From IMG/VR virus record IMGVR_UViG_3300028028_000001, positions 1-64,000 of that record: a stretch of DNA of 64,000 bases; one strand, 5' to 3'. Of the stretch, positions 53,107 through 62,671 are shown one piece after another. Positions within the stretch are counted from its first letter, which is position 1. Each line of letters opens with the position of its first letter. The notes beneath the pieces were generated by a model. It made no database searches. It worked only from the letters and a program-made list of their open reading frames with translations, and was not told the origin of the DNA. The translations under genes and the position numbers were made by a program. Origin of the DNA: a virus.

Positions 53107-53869
53107 ACCGTTCTTCTTCGGCGTTCATGCCGACGACTTCCCGGCTCTGCACTTCGATTCGATCGAGTACGATCACGCGATTGAGGAGCACGGGCAGAAC
53201 ATCGAACTCCGGCGCGCGGTTCTGTGTCCTTGCGCCCGAATCGAGGATCACCGGCCACGGGGAACCTGCACGACGTGTAAGGGCCTCGGACTGGTCTACC
53301 CGGAAACGATGCGAGAAGAGACCCGGGTGCTTCTGTCAACCCGTGCCCCTCGGAAGACTCCGGAGGGCGCCACGGTCTACGTCGTGGGCACCATTTGGGC
53401 TTCTTTTCGGCTCGGGTACGTCCCTGGTGACGGGGATCTGATTCTACCCGAGGAGGAAGAGCACGTCGTCCACCAGACCATCTTCCGTGAGTCGCTACAG
53501 GTCACCACGGGGGCGGCATGGGCCCGAGCTACCGCACACGATCAGGTGCCGCCCGTCCTTCGACCCGCGCAGGATCGGCTTCTGTACCCAGATCCTACGA
53601 CGATCGAAGCCGTGCTCTGGAAGAACGGCGATACCCTGATCACTGCCGGCGCTCTCGATTACTCGATCGTCGGTGATCGTATCGTGTGGAGCGGCGCAAG
53701 GTCTCCGGCTCCGGGCGTGGCCTACACGATCCGATATCGGGCGAAAGCGGCCTATCAGTTGCAGCCGTCAGAACCTCTCTACCGGATGGAGGCAGATTCC
53801 GGGCTCCCCTACCGCTGCCAGGCCGTGCGCCTCGACCGCGTTGGATGGCCTGATGTTCGGGATGTTTGA
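53096..53869 (+). CDS. virion-module protein with CxC...CxxC motif (257 aa)
   Basis: ORF track; 'CPCARIEDHRPRGTCTTCKG'. Confidence 0.5.
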   Translation: MAREPFFFGVHADDFPALHFDSIEYDHAIEEHGQNIELRRAVLCPCARIEDHRPRGTCTTCKGLGLVYPETMREETRVLLSTRAPRKTPEGATVYVVGTIWASFRLGYVPGDGDLILPEEEEHVVHQTIFRESLQVTTGAAWARATAHDQVPPVLRPAQDRLLYPDPTTIEAVLWKNGDTLITAGALDYSIVGDRIVWSGARSPAPGVAYTIRYRAKAAYQLQPSEPLYRMEADSGLPYRCQAVRLDRVGWPDVRDV

Positions 53870-54777
53870 TGAAACTGGAGATCCCCCGGCTGACGTTCAA
53901 CGTGGAGTTGTCCTCGTTCCAGGGCCTTGAGCGGATCGGTCTGGAGCAGGTAGGCGCGGCTCTTGAGTCGGCGACGTGGCGCACCGCTCAATGGATGAGG
54001 AACCAGTGGGCAGACCAGGCGCAGCGGATGGGCGTTCATGACACGGGCGCCTATCTCCGAGGAATACGAGAAGATGGCATGATCGTGCCGGTTTCGTCGA
54101 ACCTAGCGGATCCGTCGGCCGCTATGTTTGCCGTCGTGCTCGACGTGGTGAACACCGCGAAGCACGCGCAGGCGGTGGAGGAGGGGTCCATGGCCTTCCA
54201 TATGCCCGATCGCGTGGATTGGGCCCGATCGGGTCGGGTCAAGGTCTCCAAAAAGGGCGTTCCTTACATCCATGTCCCGTTTCGGCACTACACGCACGCG
54301 GCGAGCGGGTCAACGGCTACCGCCCTGCGCTCGATGATGACGAAGGAGATCACAGCGGAGGCCAAGACGCTCGACCGTCGGTTGGCCCTTGGCGCTGGGT
54401 TCCAGCATACGCCAGAGGGCCAGTTCGTAGCCGTTGACAAGTACCGCTGGGCGGGCCTGTCGGACAAGAAGAGGATCACGAGGCCCGGGGCAAGTGTCGG
54501 CGATCCGGAGTGGCGTGGAGCGAAGCACGTCGCGTTCGGGATGGTCAACCCCGCGTGGAAGTCGTCGAAGTACGAAGGGCTCATGAAGACGGACCCGGAA
54601 AAGCATACCAACTACATGACGATCCGCACGATGACTCGGGACTCTCCAGGGTGGAACATCCCGGCAAAGGCCGGCAAGTGGGTTGCCCGGACTACTGCGC
54701 AGATCACAGAGTCCTCCGATGAGGTAAAGAAGACCTTTGAAACGGCTTTCGCAAAGGCGATATTGAAGGTGCTATGA
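53869..54777 (+). CDS. virion-module protein (302 aa), HK97 gp10-like by weak motif
   Basis: ATG at 53869 overlaps the upstream TGA by 1 nt. Contains 'HDTGAYLRGI'. Confidence 0.5.
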   Translation: MKLEIPRLTFNVELSSFQGLERIGLEQVGAALESATWRTAQWMRNQWADQAQRMGVHDTGAYLRGIREDGMIVPVSSNLADPSAAMFAVVLDVVNTAKHAQAVEEGSMAFHMPDRVDWARSGRVKVSKKGVPYIHVPFRHYTHAASGSTATALRSMMTKEITAEAKTLDRRLALGAGFQHTPEGQFVAVDKYRWAGLSDKKRITRPGASVGDPEWRGAKHVAFGMVNPAWKSSKYEGLMKTDPEKHTNYMTIRTMTRDSPGWNIPAKAGKWVARTTAQITESSDEVKKTFETAFAKAILKVL

Positions 54778-55484
54778 CGGTTCCCGTTCTTCCCAACAGC
54801 GCCAACTTCACGGAACTCCGGATCCGCGAGATCCTTCTTCGAGGCATCGTTGACCTGGCCTCCGATGAAGAGCGGCTCAACCTCCTTTTCCGCAGGGTGG
54901 ACGGTCTGCCGCAGGGCACCCAAGAGACCTGGGCCGAAGACCTGAAAACGCTCTTGAAACTTTCGGTTACGGACCCTGCCGCCAGGATCCGGGTCATCAT
55001 TGGCTACCCCTGGGATGTCAACTCCCTACCATGCTGGTCGATCGTGAAAGAAGGGGGCTCGGAGAACGATTCCGAGGCCACCATGGGCGATGAAGCCGGC
55101 CTCGTGAACGTCCAGACCGGGCATATCCACGATTCAGACGGCGTTGAATGGCCCCGGATCGTCGGGTATACGGCTTACGGGATCCCGTGGACATCGAACT
55201 TCCAGATCGGGACCTGGGCCACGACTCCGGATGTTTCGATCCTTCTGCACGAAGCCGCGATCGAGATTCTGGACATCGCCCGGGGGGAGCTCGATACCTC
55301 TGGCGTCCAGTCCATCTCCCTCTCCGAGCCGGGTGGGATGATCCCGAACCCGGAACAGCATCCCTCCCTTGGCGTGGGGTATATCCCGCTCGTTCGCGTC
55401 TCCTGTAAGTGGACTCGCCTCCGGTTGCAGAAGCGCTCCCCTCGTCCAACACACGTCACACGCCGCACCACGACCCTCCTGTAA
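54774..55484 (+). CDS. virion-module protein (236 aa)
   Basis: ATGA coupling; lies immediately upstream of the sheath gene. Confidence 0.5.
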   Translation: MTVPVLPNSANFTELRIREILLRGIVDLASDEERLNLLFRRVDGLPQGTQETWAEDLKTLLKLSVTDPAARIRVIIGYPWDVNSLPCWSIVKEGGSENDSEATMGDEAGLVNVQTGHIHDSDGVEWPRIVGYTAYGIPWTSNFQIGTWATTPDVSILLHEAAIEILDIARGELDTSGVQSISLSEPGGMIPNPEQHPSLGVGYIPLVRVSCKWTRLRLQKRSPRPTHVTRRTTTLL

Positions 55485-55496
55485 GGAGCGCTCTCC

Positions 55497-57290
55497 ATGT
55501 TCATCACGTTCAACGGCGAAAAAGTCTACATTCCTGGAGCGTACTCCTCGACCGAGATCGTTTCGACGCTCGAAGGCCCCACGGCTTCGTTCCAGGTCCC
55601 CATGCTCATGGGCGCGGCGGACTACGGGATCCCCTACCATTTCCCGGAGATCAAGTTCTCCGACGAGCCCGCGCAGAACCCCTGGATCATGTGCGGCGAT
55701 TTGACCACGCTCAAGCGGTTCTTCAACCGAGATTCCGAGATTGCGACGGCATACGAGACGGCGGCACTTCACGGGCTCCCCTACTCCTACGTCGCCTGCA
55801 TGTCGAAACTCACGCGCGAAACCGTGGTCGCCACCTCCGGCGCTGGTCCCGTGGTCAACGAGCAGACGATCTACTCTCGCCTTGCTGGTGCTCCGGGTGG
55901 GTTCCATAAGATCAGTTACACCGCTGCGCACGTCTTCACAGTCATCCCGGTCAAGGACTTCTCGATGCTCACCGCCAACGCGGCGGGCGCTGCGACCAGG
56001 GTCTACGTCAAGAGCAACTCCTGGGTCACAGATGGCATGACTCTCACGATCGGCGGAAACGCCATCGTCGCGGAAACGAAGGTGGTAGCCACGCCCGGAA
56101 CAGGTGAGGAACTCTCTTCGACCGGTCAGAAACTCTACTGGATCGAGTTCACCACGGGGCTCGCGAACCCGATGACCACGGCGGCTTACAGCCTCGTGTG
56201 CTCCCATGACGCTCCGATCGTCGGCTCCGCACTCACCACGGGTCAGAAACTCTACGATTGGCTCAACACCGATCCGGCCGCGAAGCTCGTCCTGGGCTCC
56301 AAAAAAGAGTCCACCTACACGGGCACCCGGCCCACCACGATCGCGGCGGCTACCTTGATGAAGGAGATCGCGACCTGGGGCGCCAACACCGCTGGGACCT
56401 CGCCGAAGCCCGCACTCACGGACTTCACCGACTTCATCACGGACATGGACGCCTCGGCCTGGGATGACTTCATTCAGGTCTATGACGACGTGCCCCGGCT
56501 TTTCTACGTCGTGGACCCCACGAACACGGTTCATGAGGCCATGCGCAACTGGGCGATTGCCAAGCGGTCCTCGACGACTCCGGGCGACTATTCGATCAAG
56601 GTCCTTACCGGGTGCGCCTGGGGCGATGTCGTTGTCGCCTCGGGGACCACGACTTCGCCGACCTTTCGAGCGCAGGCCATCGACAATCAGGATGTTGTCC
56701 TGGTTGCCAACGGCTTCAACTGGCAGGCCGCATACCTTTCCCACGCGGCGGCCGTTTTCGGGATGATCGTCGCGGGCGGCGTGAACCACAACCTGACCCA
56801 GGACCGATATGTCGGCATCATGGCGTGGGAAGCGAAGTGGAACGAGCGGGCGCTCGGCGAACTCACCACGCTGCACAAGTACGGGGTTCTCACGAACCGG
56901 CTCGCGGTAGACAACTCTGGATCCTACTGGGTCGTTTCGCAGGGGCTTTCGACGCTCCAGGCGAACTCGGTCTCCTGGAACCCTGACGCGACGACTCCGC
57001 TGATTCAGCAGCGCGACCTCCAGGACTTCGTGAAGCGGGATCTCGACTTTGTTCTCGTGCGGTCGCAACTCGGCCAGGACGAAACCGATCGCAACTCGAT
57101 CACCTCGGCGCTGGTCGCTCGGGCAACCGGCTACCACTACGACAACGGGTTCATCGAGGATGGCACCTACAAGATCACTTCTACCGCGCTTGACCCCTCC
57201 GGCGCTGGCTGGGTTGTCGGCGACACCTATCGCCTGCCCACCACGGTAGACTGGATCACGACTGTTCACCGCGTCCTCGTGGGCGAGTAA
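55497..57290 (+). CDS. tail sheath protein
   Basis: 597 aa. Strong Shine-Dalgarno sequence (TAAGGAG). N-terminal 'VYIPGAYSST'. Followed by a tube-sized gene. Confidence 0.6.
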   Translation: MFITFNGEKVYIPGAYSSTEIVSTLEGPTASFQVPMLMGAADYGIPYHFPEIKFSDEPAQNPWIMCGDLTTLKRFFNRDSEIATAYETAALHGLPYSYVACMSKLTRETVVATSGAGPVVNEQTIYSRLAGAPGGFHKISYTAAHVFTVIPVKDFSMLTANAAGAATRVYVKSNSWVTDGMTLTIGGNAIVAETKVVATPGTGEELSSTGQKLYWIEFTTGLANPMTTAAYSLVCSHDAPIVGSALTTGQKLYDWLNTDPAAKLVLGSKKESTYTGTRPTTIAAATLMKEIATWGANTAGTSPKPALTDFTDFITDMDASAWDDFIQVYDDVPRLFYVVDPTNTVHEAMRNWAIAKRSSTTPGDYSIKVLTGCAWGDVVVASGTTTSPTFRAQAIDNQDVVLVANGFNWQAAYLSHAAAVFGMIVAGGVNHNLTQDRYVGIMAWEAKWNERALGELTTLHKYGVLTNRLAVDNSGSYWVVSQGLSTLQANSVSWNPDATTPLIQQRDLQDFVKRDLDFVLVRSQLGQDETDRNSITSALVARATGYHYDNGFIEDGTYKITSTALDPSGAGWVVGDTYRLPTTVDWITTVHRVLVGE

Positions 57291-57299
57291 GGAGCTTCG

Positions 57300-57788
57300 A
57301 TGGGTTACGCTGACTATCAGACTTCGGGCGCGTATGCGGCAAAGCAGGCCGGCGCCTTCCATTCCGTCGTGCTCCAGAACGAGGCGGACGCCACCGACAA
57401 GTTGGTCGGCGCCACCACGGGGATCTCCTGGAACGAGGACTATGAAGGGATCCCGGTGGAAGAGATGGGCAACGATGGCGTCGACGAGCATGTTGACGGT
57501 CGCATGACCGTCTCAGGCTCCTTCACCATGAACGCCTCCTCACAGCGCCTCGACGCCATGCCGACGCGCCAGGACTTCATCGGCAAGCGCTACACGATCA
57601 CGCAGCAAGTCGCAAAGTCGGCGGACTCGACGGCGATCGGGACCGTGGTCTGGGTCTGTACCAAGTGCAAGATCACCGGGATTTCCGGGCAGAACGCGGC
57701 GCGCGGGATTCAGACGCTTTCGGTGAACTTCGTCGGTTCGCGGCGCTACTCCGGCGCGGAATGGGCCGACCTGACTGGGGCGATGTAG
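57300..57788 (+). CDS. tail tube protein
   Basis: 162 aa. TAAGGAG Shine-Dalgarno sequence. Lies between the sheath and chaperone genes. Confidence 0.55.
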   Translation: MGYADYQTSGAYAAKQAGAFHSVVLQNEADATDKLVGATTGISWNEDYEGIPVEEMGNDGVDEHVDGRMTVSGSFTMNASSQRLDAMPTRQDFIGKRYTITQQVAKSADSTAIGTVVWVCTKCKITGISGQNAARGIQTLSVNFVGSRRYSGAEWADLTGAM

Positions 57789-58298
57789 ATGAAGCGCGCC
57801 ACCGTTTCGTTCCAGGCGCAAGTCCGGGATCTCTGGGTTCTCCCCGATGGGTCCCTTGGCCCCAAGGAGCAGGCGGCTACCTTCACCATGCACCGGTCCC
57901 CTACCGGCCTGGAACGGCTCAAGATCACCCGTCGAACCCACTCCATCCTCGGCGAGGGCAACGAAGCCGCTGGGCATTTGGAACTCGCGGCGCTCAAGAT
58001 GGCGATTCAAGAGCAGGCTCGGATCGTGCGCGAGGAGATCGGCGAAGTTGAAGACGTTGAGAAGGCCTGGGAAACCCACGAAAGCGAAGCCGCGATCATG
58101 TATGCGGACCTATCTGAGCAGGCGGGCGACCTTTACGCAATGGCCCGGTGGGAACTCCTGGCCGTGGACGTACCCGAGCGATTCCGGAACCTCGCAGAAT
58201 CCGACATCGAAGAGCGGGTCGTGATGGCGCTCCGGGTCGCCTGGTGGAAAGCCGAGGATCCGACTCGCGCGGGAAAAGAGCAGCCCTCCGAGTCCTGA
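57789..58298 (+). CDS. tail assembly chaperone (gpG-like)
   Basis: Lies between the tube and tape-measure genes. Contains a slippery heptamer near its 3' end. Confidence 0.65.
   Translation: MKRATVSFQAQVRDLWVLPDGSLGPKEQAATFTMHRSPTGLERLKITRRTHSILGEGNEAAGHLELAALKMAIQEQARIVREEIGEVEDVEKAWETHESEAAIMYADLSEQAGDLYAMARWELLAVDVPERFRNLAESDIEERVVMALRVAWWKAEDPTRAGKEQPSES
58271..58277 (+). other. -1 programmed ribosomal frameshift site G_GGA_AAA
   Basis: In the zero frame the codons are GCG GGA AAA GAG. Slipping -1 gives GGG AAA AGA GCA..., that is GKRAALRVLNGEPGG, which continues ORF 58148..58642 up to the tape-measure start. Confidence 0.6.
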
Positions 58299-58642
58299 AC
58301 GGGGAGCCCGGAGGGCAGACCGCAGGACACCCGACCGTAACGGACGCGGAGATCGAGGCTGATTCCATCTGGACCCTTTGGCGGCTCGCCTATGGAATGC
58401 CTCCGAACGACCCACGGTTTCAGGATATCACGGAAGAGGAGGTTCTAACGGATCTCCTCGTTCGCCATTTCCACAGGAAGAACGGCGCATCCGAGGAAGA
58501 GCGGCTTATCGAGCACCTTCGAGACAACCTATCGGAGTTCGATGCTCTTGAGAAGTTGGCCGAGAAGATACCGCAAGTGAGGCCTTCGAAGCCAAAAGCG
58601 CCGCCCACGATCGCCCGTCGGGGTAAAAAGGTGATGCCATGA
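58277..58642 (+). CDS. frameshift extension of the tail chaperone (gpGT-like fusion 57789..58277 / 58277..58642)
   Basis: The -1 frame is open from 58148 but has no plausible independent start. It ends with an ATGA overlap onto the tape-measure gene. Confidence 0.55.
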   Translation, partial: RAALRVLNGEPGGQTAGHPTVTDAEIEADSIWTLWRLAYGMPPNDPRFQDITEEEVLTDLLVRHFHRKNGASEEERLIEHLRDNLSEFDALEKLAEKIPQVRPSKPKAPPTIARRGKKVMP

Positions 58643-60318
58643 CCGACGCCAAGATCAGAATCACCGGTGAAGCCGACGTTACCCGTATGCGGGCGATGAC
58701 GGATGAACTGCGCAAGTTGACGGATGGCGTCCGGAACTTCAATCGCGAATCGAAGACCAGCGGAGGCGGCGCGCCTGCTGGTGGCGATTGGGGCGCCTGG
58801 CAGGCGTATCACAAGGCGAATCCGATCCCCTGGGCGCCTGTGTCGGGGATGGCTGACGAGGAGGCCAGGGACCGCAGGACGGAGCGAGATGAAGAGCGGC
58901 GGGTTGCTCGCGAGGAGCGTCAACGATCGTCGAAGGAGAGCCGAGTCGGCGCTAAGGCGATGGCTGGCGCTCGGGCTGGCTACGGCTACGGTATGGCAGG
59001 CCTGGGGCTCCTGGGCCTCGGTGGTGGCGTTGGCGGCGTGATGTCCTGGCTCTTCCAGTCGGGCGAGGAGCACCTTCAGCAGAGCACGGCCATCAAGGTT
59101 CTTGAGCAGAGGTTTGGCTCACTGGCGACCGCAGGCGACCGGGTGAAGTCCTCGTTCTGGGGCGCCGGGCACTCTCTCGGGTTCGTGAATTCTCAAATGG
59201 CCGGGCTTATGGAAGCCCTTGGCGCGCAGACGAACACGGTATCGAAAGAGGATTGGCAGCAGTTCGGCGGGTTTGCAAAGCACACTGGGATGGACCCAGG
59301 CGCGGCAATGGGATTACTTGGGCATTTGGAACGGTTGACCCCAGGTGGTGTTACTGTGGTTGAGTTGGCCGGGCTCAAGCAGCAGGCCAACAAGCAGGGC
59401 ATGGGTAGGGGGAGGCTCCCGGAGTTTCTTCAAAACTTCATGACCCTTGCTCAGGAGCAGTTCCAGGACACCGGAAAGTTCGACTTCTCGCCCGCTATGA
59501 ACGTCTCGGCGATGCCTTCCTCGATGTTTTCGGGTGAGGCAGGGCGCGGCGAGATGGGTTTGAGTTTTGTCCAGAACATGAACCAGGCCATGACCGGATC
59601 GGACGCGGCGAAAACGTTTCTTCTTCGGTCGATGGGCTACGGTCGCGAAGGTGGCCCCGACTACATGTCTGCGAAGGAGCGGCTTGAAGCCGGTATCCAT
59701 GGGGAAGCCGGCGCTCAGAACCTGCTTGCGATGTCCGAGGGTATGCGCGGATGGGGCAAAGACCGAATCGCGCAGTCCATGGAAAAACTCAACCCGAACA
59801 TGAAGATGTGGCAGATTCGGGGATTCGTCGAAACTATTTCGGACGACAAGAAATATGCGGAGTTCAAGAGGGCGCTTTCCGGGGATCGTACCTTTTCCGA
59901 TTATGAGGAATACGTAGGCACCTTGAGTGAGGATCAGAGAAAAGCCTTTGAGGAAGAGGGCTATTTCGGTCTTGGCAAAAAGGCGCTTTCCGAAGGTGAA
60001 TCGATGGCGGTTACCAAGGAAGCGCAGAAAGCCGAGCAAGGCGACACGATGGCCGATGTTCTCCGATCGCTGAATCGAACGCTGGAAAACCTGCGCGATT
60101 GGATGCAGAGCGCCACCGGGCAGACTTTGGCGAAGTCGGTGGAGAAGATGACTGATGCTATCGAGGGTTGGTCAGAGAAGTTTGAGAAGTACGCAAAGGG
60201 TGGGGAAATAAAGGATGCGCTCAAATACTACCTGGAACCTGATGAAAAACCGCCACTGAAACCGGGTGAAAGGGGTTACGAGCGGCAGCAAGCAGAACGG
60301 GAACGGTACGGCCTATGA
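58639..60318 (+). CDS. tail tape measure protein
   Basis: 559 aa, helical. Gly-rich hydrophobic segment 'GYGYGMAGLGLLGLGGGVGGVMSWLF'. Lies after the G/GT chaperones. Confidence 0.7.
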   Translation: MTDAKIRITGEADVTRMRAMTDELRKLTDGVRNFNRESKTSGGGAPAGGDWGAWQAYHKANPIPWAPVSGMADEEARDRRTERDEERRVAREERQRSSKESRVGAKAMAGARAGYGYGMAGLGLLGLGGGVGGVMSWLFQSGEEHLQQSTAIKVLEQRFGSLATAGDRVKSSFWGAGHSLGFVNSQMAGLMEALGAQTNTVSKEDWQQFGGFAKHTGMDPGAAMGLLGHLERLTPGGVTVVELAGLKQQANKQGMGRGRLPEFLQNFMTLAQEQFQDTGKFDFSPAMNVSAMPSSMFSGEAGRGEMGLSFVQNMNQAMTGSDAAKTFLLRSMGYGREGGPDYMSAKERLEAGIHGEAGAQNLLAMSEGMRGWGKDRIAQSMEKLNPNMKMWQIRGFVETISDDKKYAEFKRALSGDRTFSDYEEYVGTLSEDQRKAFEEEGYFGLGKKALSEGESMAVTKEAQKAEQGDTMADVLRSLNRTLENLRDWMQSATGQTLAKSVEKMTDAIEGWSEKFEKYAKGGEIKDALKYYLEPDEKPPLKPGERGYERQQAERERYGL

Positions 60319-61877
60319 CCACCATAATCCAGCAGCCCCAAAGAGGGCAACCAAGGGTCTATATCTGGGCAGGTGACACCGAAGCCGACAAGGTGGACGT
60401 TTCCGCCGACGTGATCGGGTTCGAGACATCCAAGAAACTCGGCTCCCCTACAGGCTCCTTCACGCTAACGCTCATGCCGAGCGTTGGATCCGCACAGACT
60501 CCCGCCGACATGCGGAGAATCACGAAACTCTATAGGGCGAACCTGACGAATCGCGTTGTTTCCATCGGCTGGAAGTACGACGGCGGAATCATGCTCGGGC
60601 TGGTTTCCAACGTCGCGGAAAGCCACAACTTCGGCGGGTCCTACACGCGCACGCTGACTATCACCGGGCAGGACTTTGGTAAGGTGCTTGTGAACGACAA
60701 CGTGGTTTCTGCGCTCATGAACCAACACGACGCGGGCTCTATCAAGTTCCTCGACAACGTGAAGGCGGCGCTCGGTCCAAGTACCTACGTTGGAGAGATG
60801 TACCTGAATGACCCACTTTCAAACGAACTCATCCCGACTCTGGCATACGGGCTGAGCGAGGTTATCGACTGGATTCTTGCAATATCGCCGTCCATGACGA
60901 TTCCGATCATGGGTAAAGTGTTCGGCGGGTCGGGCAAGGTGTCCGAGTACATTAACACCGCGAGTTACAGCTCCTTGGCCTGGAACGATGGCAAGATCTG
61001 GTCCACCGACGCGGCTACCTATTCGGGCAATATCTGGGGCTATATCCAGTCCATGATCGATCCAGACTTTTACGAAGTGGTGATCGATAGTTACCCACTT
61101 GCGACCAACCATACCGCGCTGAATGGACTTGCGCAGGTTTACCTCATGGTTCGCCCCAAACCCTTCGACGAGAAGATTCTTGAGTGGGCCTCGGTAGACG
61201 AGCAGACCGGGATGACGTGGGAAGACCTCAAGACCAAAACGAACGAGAGCAACCACGATATCGACCTTTCCGAGATGATCTCAGCGCAGTTCTCCTATGG
61301 GGATTCGGGCGCGATTTCGTCCTATGTGGTGACCTCGCCCTATACCGTGTTCGGCGCCTCCGACGGCTCGCTTCTTGGGATGCAATTCCCACTTCTGGAC
61401 ACCTATATCGCGAAAAGGTACGGTATCAAGTCCATGAAGTCCCGGCTTACCATGCTCGGACTCGACCCAAACGTGAAGTCCGATCCTGCGGCGATAACGG
61501 ACTTTATCCACCGCCTGTTCAACTGGTATCGGTATGCCCCGTTCTTTGAGAACGCCACGATAACGATCGCGGGTGGAACGCCGCTTGAGGGGGCGACTCC
61601 GACAAGCCGCGAGCTGATCCGGGTCGGCGATCCTGTTCGGCTTCCGTGGCGAAAGGCTCCCTATTCGGTCCCCTACATGTCGGAGGATGGCATGCGCTAC
61701 TACTGCACAGGCGTCTCGCAATCCTGGCGATCCTCACCTGGGCGCACGGGCATCCTGACGACTCGCCTGGACCTTACCCGAGGGCACAACGCTTCGATGA
61801 TCGCGGCTCTTGACGAGATGGTCCGCAAGGATGCGCCCGTCTCAAATCCCGCCCACTTCGCCGATTCCCTGGGGTAA
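60315..61877 (+). CDS. tail/baseplate hub-region protein (520 aa)
   Basis: ATGA coupling to the tape-measure gene; call rests on position. Confidence 0.5.
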   Translation: MTTIIQQPQRGQPRVYIWAGDTEADKVDVSADVIGFETSKKLGSPTGSFTLTLMPSVGSAQTPADMRRITKLYRANLTNRVVSIGWKYDGGIMLGLVSNVAESHNFGGSYTRTLTITGQDFGKVLVNDNVVSALMNQHDAGSIKFLDNVKAALGPSTYVGEMYLNDPLSNELIPTLAYGLSEVIDWILAISPSMTIPIMGKVFGGSGKVSEYINTASYSSLAWNDGKIWSTDAATYSGNIWGYIQSMIDPDFYEVVIDSYPLATNHTALNGLAQVYLMVRPKPFDEKILEWASVDEQTGMTWEDLKTKTNESNHDIDLSEMISAQFSYGDSGAISSYVVTSPYTVFGASDGSLLGMQFPLLDTYIAKRYGIKSMKSRLTMLGLDPNVKSDPAAITDFIHRLFNWYRYAPFFENATITIAGGTPLEGATPTSRELIRVGDPVRLPWRKAPYSVPYMSEDGMRYYCTGVSQSWRSSPGRTGILTTRLDLTRGHNASMIAALDEMVRKDAPVSNPAHFADSLG

Positions 61878-61879
61878 CC

Positions 61880-62668
61880 GTGGAACCTGACCGACACAGT
61901 ACTTATCCGGTTGGGCCTCGCCTTGCGTGGTTCGTCAAGCAGGATGGGAAATACTTCCTCCAGGACGAGCACGGGAACAAGTTCAGGAACCTGGACCGTA
62001 TCCTGATCGTTCAGGGCTCGTTTGGCTTCGACTTTGAGGGCCAGGAGAAACTCCCCCGGCCGCAGATTCGGGATCCCCTTGGGAAGGTCCTTGTCCAGGG
62101 TGACGCGCTCATCCTCGACTTTCGGAACGGGGACGATCGTTGTCCGATCGTTCGCGGTGGCGTCCGCTCCTATGATACCGGCGACGGGCAGTTGGCGCGC
62201 AACTTTGAGAACATGGCGCGGGGATATAACCGCTACAAGTTCCGGCTCTATCCGCAGGACGAGACCGGGCTGAAACTCGGAGAGGTCCGGTTCTACTGCT
62301 GCGACAATTACAAGAACGAGGCGGATTGGGGCCTTGTTGATTTCTACGTCTCGAACAGCGTGGACGGGGTGATCGAAACGGCGCTGAATGTCCAGGTCGG
62401 GCCGGTTCTTGGGTCTCATAACCTGTTCTTCATGAGTCCGTCGCAGGCTGGTTTTACGGTTTCGGGTGGGTCGGATCCGGTTATCAAGCAGCCCTTTGAA
62501 GACGACTTGAAGACGTGGCTTAACGGACTCACGACGTTTCTGGCGTCCATTGCTGCGGCGCCGCCCCCGATCGCTGCTGCCGTCGCTGCCTTCCAGCCGA
62601 TCCATGCGGCGTTTCTGGCAACCGTCAACGCGGGAACCCACCTCACCACGGTCTTCAAAACGGAGTAG
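61880..62668 (+). CDS. baseplate/spike-region protein (262 aa)
   Basis: ORF track (GTG start); call rests on position. Confidence 0.45.
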   Translation: MEPDRHSTYPVGPRLAWFVKQDGKYFLQDEHGNKFRNLDRILIVQGSFGFDFEGQEKLPRPQIRDPLGKVLVQGDALILDFRNGDDRCPIVRGGVRSYDTGDGQLARNFENMARGYNRYKFRLYPQDETGLKLGEVRFYCCDNYKNEADWGLVDFYVSNSVDGVIETALNVQVGPVLGSHNLFFMSPSQAGFTVSGGSDPVIKQPFEDDLKTWLNGLTTFLASIAAAPPPIAAAVAAFQPIHAAFLATVNAGTHLTTVFKTE

Positions 62669-62671
62669 CCC

